DNA of 63,808 nt, the filler included, from Stramenopiles sp. TOSAG23-2 (Eukaryota), in NCBI GenBank assembly GCA_900128395.1. It is 7 parts of 7 records of this genome, joined end to end, with 100 filler letters (N's around TTAATTAATTAA, not from the genome) between each part and the next. Parts side by side here need not be neighbours in the genome. Positions count along the whole stretch, not along the records: positions 39,606 to 49,392 come from LT650076.1; positions 49,493 to 59,278 come from LT650077.1; 5 more parts are not named here. The stretch is one strand, 5' to 3'. Position 1 is the first letter of the stretch; each line of letters begins with the position of its first letter. A program made the translations under genes and the position numbers. The notes under the pieces were generated by a model. That model was not told where the DNA came from and searched no databases. It saw only the letters and a list, made by a program, of their open reading frames with translations. Positions 39,734-51,000 of the stretch are shown here, piece by piece.

Positions 39734-42700
39734 ATGAAGATGAATATTGTAATAGTTTTGTTATGTTTATTGTTCAGTAATTATGCATTAGCAGCAGAAA
39801 TTAAAGTTGAAATGTATGAGTCATTAGGTAACTCAACAAATGCAACAACTGGAGCAGTACCGATGCTAAACAGTACCGTTGGTGGTAATTCAACAACTGT
39901 AACTGCATCAAACGCAACATTAAATAATAATAATACAAATATAGGAATAGCAAATAATGCAACTAAAAATACTACAACAGCAGTAGTAGTAAATACAACA
40001 ACAGTTGCACCAGTAGTTGCAAATAAAACCGTAGTAGTAGTAGCACCAGCATCTAATGCGACTAATACAACGAAAAATAAAACAACTGCTACCAATAGTA
40101 CAGTTCCAAAAAAGGCAAATGTTACGAAAGTAACACCAAAAGCGGAACAACCAAAAGTAGAAACACCAGTAGTTAAAAAGAAGAAGAAAAATAGTACTTC
40201 TACAAATACTACTAAAGTACGTGGTTTACCAACGAAAATGAAAGTAGAATGTGAACCTGGTACGGAAAATGCGTTTCTACCAGGTGATAATGGACAAGTA
40301 GAGAATGTACAATCAGTCGTTGGATATGCTGTATGTAAAGAATTTTGTAAAGATCCAGAAAGTGAAGGCTTATACAATGGTACATGCGTCGTTGATGGTG
40401 AACTACATCGGTTCCCAACGAAAGATGGTGGTGCTTTGAAACAAAACAAGGGACCAAATACTGTCAAAAGCCCCGTGCCAACGACTGGCACCAAAACCGA
40501 CATGGACTTTTTGCCAGATACGCCACCAACGGAGCAAGTAAAATCGTTCTGGACCGAGGAAGGTGCAAAAAGTTTAATAATGGAAGATGGTAAACCACGA
40601 TTACCACATGCACGTAAAGGACATACAACTAGTATCATAGGCAACGATTTGTTTGTCTTTGGTGGTTGTAACGCGCCAGCTGGCAAATGTTACAACCAGC
40701 TTTTAAAGTTAGATTTGACGAAGATGGAATGGTCATACCCTAAAGTACAAGGTGTTGCTCCACCAGCATTAAGTGGCCATACGGCTACTGTGGTCAGGTT
40801 ACCACCAAAAGATCAATGGGCAGCGGAAGATGCAGTAGCATCTGTTCCTTTCCTATTTATTTTAGGTGGTAAAGCAACTACAGAATCGGCGGACGGGAAA
40901 GAAATGGTTTATTCCGATGCATTATACATTTTAAGTGTAAAGCAAGATGCCTCTGGCCTCCCTGTATTAAACTGGGATAAAATTTCACTTGATCAAATGA
41001 TGGGTCCAGCAAAAGGTAAATGGACAGCAAGAGAAGGCCATACGGCAACAAGGGTTGGTAGTTATTTGTACGTGTTTGGTGGACAAAGTGACGATGGAAT
41101 TGTGAAAAACAGAGAAATATTGCGTATGAAAATCTTGCCAGATCGCGACAGATTAAAGCTTGATGGCAAAACTTTCTTTCAATGGACAGCGCTGGATGCA
41201 CTGAAAGGTGCTGCGCCATTGCCACGATATGGGCATAGTGCTGGTTTATTAAGCGGGCGTTATTACACCATTTTCGGTGGTTATGTTGCTACTAAATCTG
41301 GTGCTTCAAATGATGTAGTTGCAATTGATTTAGGTGCAACTGATGATGTTGGCAACAATTGCGCCGATGCAGCAACTGCACCAGGACAAGAATGTGAATG
41401 GGTAAAACCAATGCCAATGGGAACGGAACCTTTGCCACGACAATATGCTGCTTCTACCGTAATTGGTAAAAAAGGCAGCAGAGGCAATAACAAAATGGTT
41501 ATTTTCGGTGGTTGTGGCGTACCTTCCAAAGTTTGTTACAACGATGCGTACGTATTGCGCGTGACGAAACAAGGCTGGTATTGGCAACAAACCGATGTAG
41601 ACGATGATCAAATCCCAGAAAGAAGAGAAGCTGGTACGTTAACGTACATTCCATCAACCGTGCATTTCACATCATTAGCAAATGCATTTGGACCACATGT
41701 GAAAATGGCAAAAGATGGTGCAGCAAAGAATATGTTTGGCTCAAAAAATGCAAGTAGAGTTGCTAAAGGACCTGTAACTACCGGTTCGAAACACTCACTT
41801 CTTGAAGTGGAAAGTGAAGATTTAAATGCAACTATCATAGGACGTAAACATGGTAAACGTGTTATTTTGTTCGGTGGTACTCTTCGCGAATCGCGTTCGT
41901 TCAATGATTTATTTACATTTGAAATGGGCCAATACAGACCTGAAGCAATCCCAGAAATCAAATCTGATTTACCATTGACACCAGCTGAAAAAGGATGTGC
42001 TAGTAATTGTAGTGGTCATGGACGATGCGACACTGGACGTTGTATATGCAAAAACGAAACGTACGGCCCATGGACTGGAATGAACTGCAGTATTGCACCA
42101 ATTAAACCTGTACCAAAAACCGCGCCAGCTGGCTTTGTATTGCCAAAAGATTCGATTATTGTCTCATTGACCGGTAAAGGTTGTAAAGCAAATTGTAGCG
42201 GTCATGGTGAATGTAGAAATGGTACCTGTGTATGTCATACATCTAAATTTGGCCATTGGCATGGTCCAATATGCAATAAATTACGATGCCCTAATGATTG
42301 TACCGGACATGGTGTCTGCCATAACGGTACATGTGCATGTGATAAAACGTACAGTGGTATTTCTTGCGAATTGCGCGTATGCCCAGGTAACAAAACTATG
42401 GGCGTTTGCAGTGGCCACGGTAAATGTAATATCATCGATGAACACAAGACGAAATGTGCCTGCATGAAAGGATGGGGTGGTAAATCTTGTTTTGAGAAGC
42501 GAAATATCTCAGAATGCGGTGCTTTAAATTGTTCATATCCAAATGGTCGATGCATTAACGATACGAAAATCAATGCTTTCAGATGCAAATGCAAAAAAGA
42601 ATGGGCTGGCGTCGAGTGTGGTGAAGTTGCGAAATTTACTCATGTGATCAACGTTAACGGCAAAAACATGACCGTCCCATCATATGTTAACGATGCGAAG

Positions 42701-45700
42701 ATGGTGCGTGTTCAAATTAATGGAACGGAGAAAATTGTTCCAATTCCAAATGACCCAAATCAAAATATAACGACTGTGGTACATGGCGTTGAAAAGCCAG
42801 CATATGTGGTAGGGGACGAATTGTTTATAATTCCAGACCCTACCGAGGATACCTATGTAGAAGTAGCTATGGAACCTTCTGCACCTGGTGCAACTGCTGT
42901 TAAAGTTAGTTGTGAAGGGTTAAAAGAATTTACACCTGGTGACGTTATGATTTTCGGTGCAGGTAATCCAGCAACAATGGAAATTAGAAAAGTTGCTTCA
43001 GTGGAAATGCCAGCTGAATGTGCAGTTCCTGTCAACGAACATCCATGCCCAACAAAAATACCAGGTACACCATGTAGCGGCAACGGTGAATGCTCCGGTG
43101 GAGAATGTAATTGTAAAGCTAATTTCGGCGGCATAGATTGCAGTACTTGGGCATGTAATGATGATCCAGATTGTAACCATGGTACATGCAAAGTTGCAAA
43201 TGGTACTTGTACTTGCGAAGCTGGTTGGAAAGGGAAAAAATGCGCCGTTAGCGCTAACGCAAAACCTGCTAATATTAGTAAACCACTTGCATTCAAAGCA
43301 ACTTCTCAAATTTTACGATCACAACAACCAAACACACCACCAAAAGCACACTTGAAAGTGACATGTATGAAAGCAAATGGAGCATCGCAAGTATTAACGG
43401 CCGATGCGTCACAAAATAAAGTTGAATATGCACTATGTGAATTCTTCTGTGCTGATCCTAGTACCCCTAACATTAAGTTCAGTGGACCATGTCAAATTGG
43501 CACGAAACGTTTCAGTGCTGGAGGTACTATGGTAGTAGATGTTGGAGGTATGGCGTTAATCGAGATGAAAACTGGTGGTGGTAGTTTAGGTTTAGACCGC
43601 CCATTGGAAAATTCTCATTCTGGTACCATTGTAAAAGCAGTGGTTGCTCCACAACCAGAAGCAGTACCAACATTAGAACCAAAAAAAGCATGTGGTATTG
43701 AGGGTAACAGAGCATCTGCGCTATGTTACACTCACGGTACATGTAATGACGACACGGGTAAATGTGCTTGTAGAATTGGATGGCAACCGCCATATTGCGA
43801 AAAATCAACTTGCAGTTCAACATGTAACACTGAAAATGGCAAATGCGAATGGATTGATCATTTAAAAAGGAAACATAAAAGATGTTTCTGTAAACTCGGC
43901 TTCGGTGGTGATAATTGTGAAAAAGAATTATGCCCTGGTGATTGCGGTGGCAAATACCGTGGTAAATGTACGGAAATCCCACACAACGATACCAACGGAA
44001 CATATTATTTCAAAAATGCTAAATGTGTCTGTAAAAAAGGCCTCGGTGGTGAGGATTGTATGACTGCTTCTGGATGCGGTGGCAGTGGGCACGACTGTGG
44101 CTCCAATGGCAAATGTGTTGCAGATACATGTGTCTGTAATGCTGGATGGGGTGGTCCACTATGTAACCGTCAAGTATGTTTGCATAATTGTACTGGACCA
44201 GAATATGGTACGTGCGGTGTTGGACCAGTTGATAAGAGCAAACCAAATGGCCCGTCGCAAAGGCAATGCATCTGTCGCCTTGGGCACAAAGGCGCAGATT
44301 GTAGCATTCCTGATCCTTGCGGTGATAGTACCGGAATGACTTGCGGCGGACATGGCCATTGTAGTTCAACTTCCGAAGGCGATGGCGGAAGACATTGTAT
44401 CTGTAACCCAGGATACGGCGGCGAGTTCTGTATTACGAAAGAGAATCATACATGCGCTATGAATCACAAAACTGGCGAATTATGTGGAGGACCAGAGAAA
44501 GGTATGTGCGTACAAAAAGCTGTAGAAGAGGAAAACTGTTTCTCTCCACCTTGTTGCCAATGTAAATTTGGATTTTTTGGCCATGATTGTACCCAAAATG
44601 CTCCTTGCCCAGGTAACAACTGTAATGGTAAAGGTGTATGCAAAAAAGGATTATGCGAATGTTTCCCTGGATGGACCGGACAAGCATGTGATGTGTCAAG
44701 TACATGCCCAATGTACGGCAAAACTGAATGTGCTGGACACGGTGAATGTATTTTAGGCGTATGCCAATGTGCTGATGGTTGGGAAGGTTATGCCTGTCAT
44801 AAAGCTAAGGGATGCCCAAATAATTGTACGGATGCTAAACACGGTATATGCCACGGTAACAGATGCCATTGTATGCCAGGATGGGAGGGTGCTGATTGTA
44901 GTTTCAGCACTAAAGTTAATTGTCCGATGGGATGTAGTGGTCACGGTATCTGCCAAGTAAGCACTGCTAAATGTTACTGTGAACCTGGTTACATGGGACC
45001 AATCTGCGCTGAAAGTGTAGGTTGTCCAAAATTTGACAACAAAACGTGCAGTGGTTGGGGTATTTGCAAATATGGTAAATGCTTCTGTGCACCGGGACGT
45101 GAGAAATACGATGATTGCCGTGCGCCAGAAGAATGCCCACGTGATGCCTCGGGCAATTTGTGCTCCGGCGCTGGTCTGTGCTTGAATGGAACATGCTTCT
45201 GCGCTCCTGGGCATTACGGCGATTCTTGCCAACGCGGTAAGCAATGCAAAAATGATTGTTCCAGAAATGGTTTCTGCCACAACGGTAAATGCCAATGTGA
45301 CATCGCATGGTATGGTGATGATTGTTCCATTCCAGTACGTTGTAAAGGTGAAATCCCAGATCCATCCAATCCAAACTCCACATTAACCTGTGGTGGCCAT
45401 GGACGTTGTTTAAGAGGACGTTGTTATTGCGGCCCTGGCTGGATGGGGGACGATTGTCAAACATCAATGCCATGTCCATCTGGCTGTGGCGTCAACGGAA
45501 AGTGTGAAGGCAGTGTTTGTATTTGTGAACCTGGCTGGACAGGAGTCAACTGTACCTCTCAGGTAGACTGTGAACCAAAAAATTGTAGTGGACATGGTAC
45601 ATGTTTATTAGGCCAATGCCAATGCTTAGAAGGATGGAGTGGTAGTGAATGTAATCGCGCCGTTCCTTGCCCTAACGACTGTAGTGGACATGGCGATTGT

Positions 45701-47086
45701 GTAAATGGAAAATGTGTCTGTGATTTCGATTACAGTGGTGTCGATTGTGGCAATGGCGGACACTTGAAAATCGAAATCTTTGGCCCTAGATGCAAAAATA
45801 ATTGTTCGAACCACGGTCTGTGCGATAGTGGCAAATGTTTATGTAACTTAGAATGGACTGGTGAGGCGTGCGAAGAACGCTTGTGGTGCGCAAATAATTG
45901 TAGTGGTCACGGTTTGTGCCACAATGGCAATTGCTTCTGTGACCCTGGTTACAATGGCACCAGCTGTCACATTTACAGTGGGTGTTTGCCAGGTAACGGT
46001 GCACCAGATTGTAATGACAACGGTATCTGCTCTCACGGCCAATGCTTCTGTAAACCAGAATGGGATGGCGATGCATGTGAGAAAAACAAAGAGCATGCTG
46101 AGCCAACGAAATGTATCATACGCAATGGTGTTGAATGCGGTGGACACGGCATTTGCCAATTAGGACAATGTATTTGCGAAAAAGGCTGGTATGGCGCAGC
46201 ATGCGAATCAATTTTATCGAAAAAAATGCTGTTACAACAAGCACCTGGTGCAACTGGAACGATGGCAACTAGCTTTTTAGATTTAGGTGGCAAAGCAAAG
46301 CAATTGAAAGCATTTAGTTTTAGAAATTTAAAAGCACAACTAAAAAGTAAAAATAGACGTGCACAAACCTCCAATTGCCCAAATGGCTGTTCAGGTAATG
46401 GCCTATGTAAAAATTCTGCATGCCAATGTAACACTGGATACAGCGGATTAGATTGTGCACAATTGACACAGGCAAAGAAAACTGAGTTAGAAGGTGTGAA
46501 ACAAGCTTCTGATGGCAGTGAAAGATTCCAATCGACTGGCACTGGTTGCCATGCAACTTGTAAATCAGATCGCGGAACATGTGTTGAAAGTAAAAATGCA
46601 AAAACCGGACAAATGGAAATGAAGTGTAAATGTAAAGCAGGTTCCATGTGGACGAACGGCAATGACCCATTAAGTTGTGATAAAGAAGAATGCCCAAAAA
46701 GATGTGGCATGGCTGCTGATGGTGTTGCAAATGGTGTATGCGTATTAGGCGTATGTAAATGCGACAACGGTTTCGGTGGCGATGATTGTACACATATGTG
46801 CCCACAAAGATGTAGTGGACATGGTAAATGCGAAATGTCTGCAAACAATGATAAATCATATCATTGTTTCTGCGAGGCTCCATGGACTGGCATTGCTTGC
46901 GACCAAGCAACTCATAGTAATTTAATGGTTAGTAGTATGATTGCTGTAGCAATCATAACATTCATAGTAGGCTTGTGTTGTATCCCATTGATGAAAGAAT
47001 ATTGGGAAAAAAGAGAGAAAGACAAGTATCTAGCTATCGTTCGTGGTGACAACGCAATACCACGTCAAGATATGCGAGTACAATAA
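39734..47086 (+). CDS. Type I membrane protein: signal peptide, Thr/Asn-rich stalk, Kelch propeller, ~33 tenascin-type EGF repeats, TM, short tail
   Basis: ATG at 39734; repeated R.GH....FGG Kelch blades; CxxxCSGHGxCxxGxCxCxxGWxGxxC repeats (33 by manual count); TM MIAVAIITFIVGLCCIPLM; single exon. Confidence 0.92.
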   Translation: MKMNIVIVLLCLLFSNYALAAEIKVEMYESLGNSTNATTGAVPMLNSTVGGNSTTVTASNATLNNNNTNIGIANNATKNTTTAVVVNTTTVAPVVANKTVVVVAPASNATNTTKNKTTATNSTVPKKANVTKVTPKAEQPKVETPVVKKKKKNSTSTNTTKVRGLPTKMKVECEPGTENAFLPGDNGQVENVQSVVGYAVCKEFCKDPESEGLYNGTCVVDGELHRFPTKDGGALKQNKGPNTVKSPVPTTGTKTDMDFLPDTPPTEQVKSFWTEEGAKSLIMEDGKPRLPHARKGHTTSIIGNDLFVFGGCNAPAGKCYNQLLKLDLTKMEWSYPKVQGVAPPALSGHTATVVRLPPKDQWAAEDAVASVPFLFILGGKATTESADGKEMVYSDALYILSVKQDASGLPVLNWDKISLDQMMGPAKGKWTAREGHTATRVGSYLYVFGGQSDDGIVKNREILRMKILPDRDRLKLDGKTFFQWTALDALKGAAPLPRYGHSAGLLSGRYYTIFGGYVATKSGASNDVVAIDLGATDDVGNNCADAATAPGQECEWVKPMPMGTEPLPRQYAASTVIGKKGSRGNNKMVIFGGCGVPSKVCYNDAYVLRVTKQGWYWQQTDVDDDQIPERREAGTLTYIPSTVHFTSLANAFGPHVKMAKDGAAKNMFGSKNASRVAKGPVTTGSKHSLLEVESEDLNATIIGRKHGKRVILFGGTLRESRSFNDLFTFEMGQYRPEAIPEIKSDLPLTPAEKGCASNCSGHGRCDTGRCICKNETYGPWTGMNCSIAPIKPVPKTAPAGFVLPKDSIIVSLTGKGCKANCSGHGECRNGTCVCHTSKFGHWHGPICNKLRCPNDCTGHGVCHNGTCACDKTYSGISCELRVCPGNKTMGVCSGHGKCNIIDEHKTKCACMKGWGGKSCFEKRNISECGALNCSYPNGRCINDTKINAFRCKCKKEWAGVECGEVAKFTHVINVNGKNMTVPSYVNDAKMVRVQINGTEKIVPIPNDPNQNITTVVHGVEKPAYVVGDELFIIPDPTEDTYVEVAMEPSAPGATAVKVSCEGLKEFTPGDVMIFGAGNPATMEIRKVASVEMPAECAVPVNEHPCPTKIPGTPCSGNGECSGGECNCKANFGGIDCSTWACNDDPDCNHGTCKVANGTCTCEAGWKGKKCAVSANAKPANISKPLAFKATSQILRSQQPNTPPKAHLKVTCMKANGASQVLTADASQNKVEYALCEFFCADPSTPNIKFSGPCQIGTKRFSAGGTMVVDVGGMALIEMKTGGGSLGLDRPLENSHSGTIVKAVVAPQPEAVPTLEPKKACGIEGNRASALCYTHGTCNDDTGKCACRIGWQPPYCEKSTCSSTCNTENGKCEWIDHLKRKHKRCFCKLGFGGDNCEKELCPGDCGGKYRGKCTEIPHNDTNGTYYFKNAKCVCKKGLGGEDCMTASGCGGSGHDCGSNGKCVADTCVCNAGWGGPLCNRQVCLHNCTGPEYGTCGVGPVDKSKPNGPSQRQCICRLGHKGADCSIPDPCGDSTGMTCGGHGHCSSTSEGDGGRHCICNPGYGGEFCITKENHTCAMNHKTGELCGGPEKGMCVQKAVEEENCFSPPCCQCKFGFFGHDCTQNAPCPGNNCNGKGVCKKGLCECFPGWTGQACDVSSTCPMYGKTECAGHGECILGVCQCADGWEGYACHKAKGCPNNCTDAKHGICHGNRCHCMPGWEGADCSFSTKVNCPMGCSGHGICQVSTAKCYCEPGYMGPICAESVGCPKFDNKTCSGWGICKYGKCFCAPGREKYDDCRAPEECPRDASGNLCSGAGLCLNGTCFCAPGHYGDSCQRGKQCKNDCSRNGFCHNGKCQCDIAWYGDDCSIPVRCKGEIPDPSNPNSTLTCGGHGRCLRGRCYCGPGWMGDDCQTSMPCPSGCGVNGKCEGSVCICEPGWTGVNCTSQVDCEPKNCSGHGTCLLGQCQCLEGWSGSECNRAVPCPNDCSGHGDCVNGKCVCDFDYSGVDCGNGGHLKIEIFGPRCKNNCSNHGLCDSGKCLCNLEWTGEACEERLWCANNCSGHGLCHNGNCFCDPGYNGTSCHIYSGCLPGNGAPDCNDNGICSHGQCFCKPEWDGDACEKNKEHAEPTKCIIRNGVECGGHGICQLGQCICEKGWYGAACESILSKKMLLQQAPGATGTMATSFLDLGGKAKQLKAFSFRNLKAQLKSKNRRAQTSNCPNGCSGNGLCKNSACQCNTGYSGLDCAQLTQAKKTELEGVKQASDGSERFQSTGTGCHATCKSDRGTCVESKNAKTGQMEMKCKCKAGSMWTNGNDPLSCDKEECPKRCGMAADGVANGVCVLGVCKCDNGFGGDDCTHMCPQRCSGHGKCEMSANNDKSYHCFCEAPWTGIACDQATHSNLMVSSMIAVAIITFIVGLCCIPLMKEYWEKREKDKYLAIVRGDNAIPRQDMRVQ

Positions 47087-47528
47087 TAAAAACGTAATCT
47101 GTAAAGAGAAAAAATTAAAAAAAAAATATTTTTAAATATACTATATATACCGCGTACATTTAAAATATAATTAAAGTATGACCAGTACGAGTATAATATT
47201 ACCCATAAATTTATTTTCTATGATAATTTACTCAATGATAATTTCCTACTCTTCAAAAGAATATAATACTCGTATATCATTACAAAATAACTATGAAATA
47301 AATCTTATTATTTTTTTTTATTTTTTAATTATGTTTTTTTCCCCTCAAAATGAAGGTAAATAGATGGTGTATCAACTACGAAGTCGTATGATACTCGTAC
47401 GCACATATATCATATATATATATATATATAATTATACGAAATATCGTATATGTACTCTCGTATTCGTATATTTTTTACAGCTCGAGTGTATTGAATTTTC
47501 TTTTTTATATAATATTATAATATTGTCG

Positions 47529-48623
47529 TTAATCGCTATCACCATCTCTATCATCCACTCCACAATTTAACCAATTAAACCAACCGCCTTCACCACCACC
47601 AGCACAACCACCTTTTGATTTACCATATTTTTTTGGTCCATGAGCTATTCGATGATCAACAGCTTTACCAATTTTTTCCAGCAATTTCGTTTCCCGCGTC
47701 CTTTCGTCTTTTTTCTCCATGATTTCATCAATTCTACTATTAGATTTTTCTGTGACATTTGATATGTCGTTGAAATCTACTTCTCCTTGTTTCAGTTTTT
47801 GTTGTTGTTGTTGTTTTTCAACATCTTGTTTTTCTAATTGTTGTATCTCTTCCTCCAATTGATTTAAATTTTTATTGCCACTCATTATCATCGACGTGCT
47901 ATCACTTCCTAAATATTTAATATTCAATGTATCATCGGATGAAACATTTTGTTGTTTAATTAATTTTTTTGTCGACTTTTTTTTCTTTGAAGAATTATCA
48001 TGTTTTTTTTTCTTTTTCTTTTTTTTTACTTTAAATTTTAAGTTATTATTATGTCCACTACTACTGCTACTAGTTGCTGTTGTAGTAGATGTATTAGTAT
48101 TAACATCATTGGCAGCAGCAACAGTAGCAGTTGTATTAGTAGACATTCTATTTGCATAAATATCATCAGTTGCTTTCCCTGTTTTTTTCTTTGGCGATGA
48201 AAGTTTCATATTATTACTAGACGTTGAAGACTTCAGGTTATAAATTTCATCATCTGTATATTCCACTGGACCTTTATATACACCGGAACCGTCTAACTCA
48301 CCTTCTGACTCAGAGTTGTAAGATCCGTAACTTTTTTGGAGACTGCTAGTATATTCTTCATGATCATCATTTTCTAACCTATTTAATTCATCCAATTTTT
48401 GTTTGATTTTGCGATCAACAGCCTGATCTGTCATCCCTGTATCGTTGCTATCGAAAAATTTTCCATCTGATATTTCATCCATGATTTCTTGGTAATATCC
48501 AAGGTACAAAGAACTATGGTTTTCATCATCTTGATTTTCGTGTTCTGTATCTAATAAATTACTTTGTCGTTCCTCTAATATATGATACCATTTATCGTTC
48601 AATGCTTCCAAATTCTCTGCCAT
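47529..48623 (-). CDS. Hypothetical disordered/coiled-coil protein
   Basis: 364 aa ORF with host-like low-complexity tracts and poly-Lys; no family recognised. Confidence 0.65.
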   Translation of the reverse strand: MAENLEALNDKWYHILEERQSNLLDTEHENQDDENHSSLYLGYYQEIMDEISDGKFFDSNDTGMTDQAVDRKIKQKLDELNRLENDDHEEYTSSLQKSYGSYNSESEGELDGSGVYKGPVEYTDDEIYNLKSSTSSNNMKLSSPKKKTGKATDDIYANRMSTNTTATVAAANDVNTNTSTTTATSSSSSGHNNNLKFKVKKKKKKKKHDNSSKKKKSTKKLIKQQNVSSDDTLNIKYLGSDSTSMIMSGNKNLNQLEEEIQQLEKQDVEKQQQQQKLKQGEVDFNDISNVTEKSNSRIDEIMEKKDERTRETKLLEKIGKAVDHRIAHGPKKYGKSKGGCAGGGEGGWFNWLNCGVDDRDGDSD

Positions 48624-49287
48624 TTTATTAGATACGAATTGTACGTCGTTGTGTCCTTTTTATGTAATTATTTGTATATGCATGTAGAGAGAGAGAGACT
48701 AATTACATTTAATTTTTTATATTTACATTCTAATTCATTATTTAACTAATAACTACTTAAACTGTACCATTGCCAGATTGTACTAACTACTAGTATTAAT
48801 AACTATTATACCAGAGAGGTACTTTATCTTTCACTGTAGCCATGCTGGCATGCACCTATACTCAGGAAACCCCGCTATGTTATATATATGGCAGCAATTA
48901 TGCACCATGCGTGTCTCCTCATCAAGCCAGGCAAGCCTACATAGTCTAGCAAGCCAGTCAAGCCCATGCAGCACAATGAAAACAAAAACACAAAAACAAC
49001 TATAGCACTATACAAAAAAAAAAAAAAAAAGGCCCACCGATCAGCGTGTGAGTGTTTCTGTAAAATGCCTATCAACATTTCTTATAAGAATACTTTTTAA
49101 TTTTTTAAGTACAAATATATAATTTTATTATTTTTTTTATTTTTTAGGTAATTGTTATTCAATTATTTATACCAGGTACTATAAGAAATATATATATATT
49201 AATATATGTACTTTATGTATGGTGTTGTAGTAAGAAAAATGAAAAGAGAGAAGAAGAGATTAACAAAAATTGTTTGTTACTGTTATC

Positions 49288-49392
49288 ATGAAATTTACAT
49301 CAGTATTATTAGCGACTCTTATGGTGCTTGCCGTTGGGAACGGGAAAAGGACATGGATGTCACCAAAATTAAATGAAAAAGTCAAAGGAGAA
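49288..49392 (+). CDS. 5' end of a secreted-protein gene cut by the contig edge
   Basis: MKFTSVLLATLMVLAVGNGKRTWMSPKLNEKVKGE, a typical signal peptide, open to the linker. Confidence 0.65.
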
Positions 49393-49492
49393 NNNNNNNN
49401 NNNNNNNNNNNNNNNNNNNNNNNNNNNNNNNNNNNNTTAATTAATTAANNNNNNNNNNNNNNNNNNNNNNNNNNNNNNNNNNNNNNNNNNNN
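49393..49492. other. Artificial contig linker
   Basis: N44-TTAATTAATTAA-N44. Confidence 0.98.
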
Positions 49493-49949
49493 TACTCTTA
49501 GTATATTAATCATATTTAAAAATTACTTTTTTGTGCACAAAAATGCACTTTTTTTTGTTATTCTAAAATCGTACTTAATTTTTCATTGATTTTCCCCCTT
49601 ATCGAAGTGGAATTATTTTTACTGGATTAACACTGTATAGCAGTGAAGTGGTATCATAGGCTTATACACCTGCTAATAATACATACATGATCCGGTTATT
49701 CAATGTACCCATATGAAAAATGATATTTTAACATTAAATGGTAAATATTTTTCAGAGCGACAAGGAATACATTTCATATGGTGTTCTAACCGATTGGGAT
49801 TCCATTCATACATGTCAGGGAAGCTCCATGCACATTTGGCACAAAAAAGATTCAGAGGAACAATATTTTGTAAGTGGTGCCGTCAATCATCAAAATCTAC
49901 AACACACACAAAATTTTACATCTGTTCAAGATATTCCCATCCCAATATT

Positions 49950-51000
49950 TTATTCCCTTCCTCCAAGCCGTTTGACCTTTTTTAGAAGCTCACTTGTCAA
50001 TTTTTCTTGTACCTCTTTCTCTTTGTTTAATTGCTTAATTTGTTCTTTTAATTCATCAATTTCTGTTAGTTTATTGTTGGTAAATAGAATTTGGTAATTA
50101 TAATTATCATCCAAATCTTCCACTTTTTCATCTAAGTCTGCTACTTTGCCTTGCAATTCCGTTTTAACTTTTTTAAATTTTTGAATATTCATCCAAATCT
50201 TCAACTTTTTCATCCAAGTCTGCAACTTTGTCTTGAAATTCTTTTTTAACTTTTTTAAATTTTTGATTATTTTCTGATGTCAACAATAACCAGCCAGTGC
50301 CGTTAATGTTTTCACTTGTGGCTTTTCTTTTTAATGAGATTGTTTCGTCTTTTTCAGTGTCGACATTTCTTACAATGGTAATTTCATTGTTTACAGCTGT
50401 CTTTAATTTTTCATTTTCTAATATCACTTTTTTCATTTGTTCTTTTAATTGTTTATTTTCATTTTTTAAATCTTCATTTTCTTTGTGCCCACCATTCTCA
50501 TATAACCATTTCATGATATTTAAATTATTAACACGACATGCTATCTGCATTGGTGTTTGTCCAAATATATCTGCTTTTGTAACATCATCTTTTGCACCAT
50601 TGTCATATAGCCATTTCATGATATCTAAATTATTATAATTACAAGCTGCTTCCCACATTGGTGTTCGTCCATATTTATCTGCTTTTGTAACATCATCTTT
50701 TGCACCATTCTCATACAGCCATTTCATGATATCTAAATTATTATTACGGCATGCTTCACACATTGGAGTTTGTCCATATTTATCTGCTTTTGTGACATCA
50801 TCTTTTGCACCATTCTCATAAAGCCATTTCATGATATCTAAATTATTATTATTGCATGCTTCCCACATTGGAGTTCGTCCATCATTACCTGCTTTTGTAA
50901 CATCATCTTTTGCACCATTATCATAAAGCCATTTCATGATATAAAAATTATTATTACAAGCTGCTTTCCACATTGGAGTTCGTCCATCATTATCTGCCAT
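49950..51000 (-). CDS. Ankyrin-repeat plus coiled-coil protein; frameshifted near 50185, possibly a pseudogene
   Basis: Five near-identical G(R/Q)TPM..AC..NNL.IMKWLY(D/E)NGAKDDVTKAD units. First ATG at 51000 with an in-frame TAA shortly upstream; C-terminus continues in another frame after an 82 bp duplication. Confidence 0.75.
50488..50998 (-). repeat. Coding tandem array, 105-108 bp unit, five copies (ankyrin)
   Basis: TCATCTTTTGCACCATT at 50585, 50693, 50798 and 50903. Confidence 0.92.

Noticed and set aside
39781-46910. Many long antisense and alternate-frame ORFs over the EGF gene (also over 1686-2696 and 36928-39210)
   Set aside because: Shadow ORFs caused by biased codon and amino-acid composition; no recognisable motifs.
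50488-50998. Regular direct repeats as a CRISPR array
   Set aside because: Units are 105-108 bp, in frame, encode ankyrin repeats and have no unique spacers; no cas genes; eukaryotic context.
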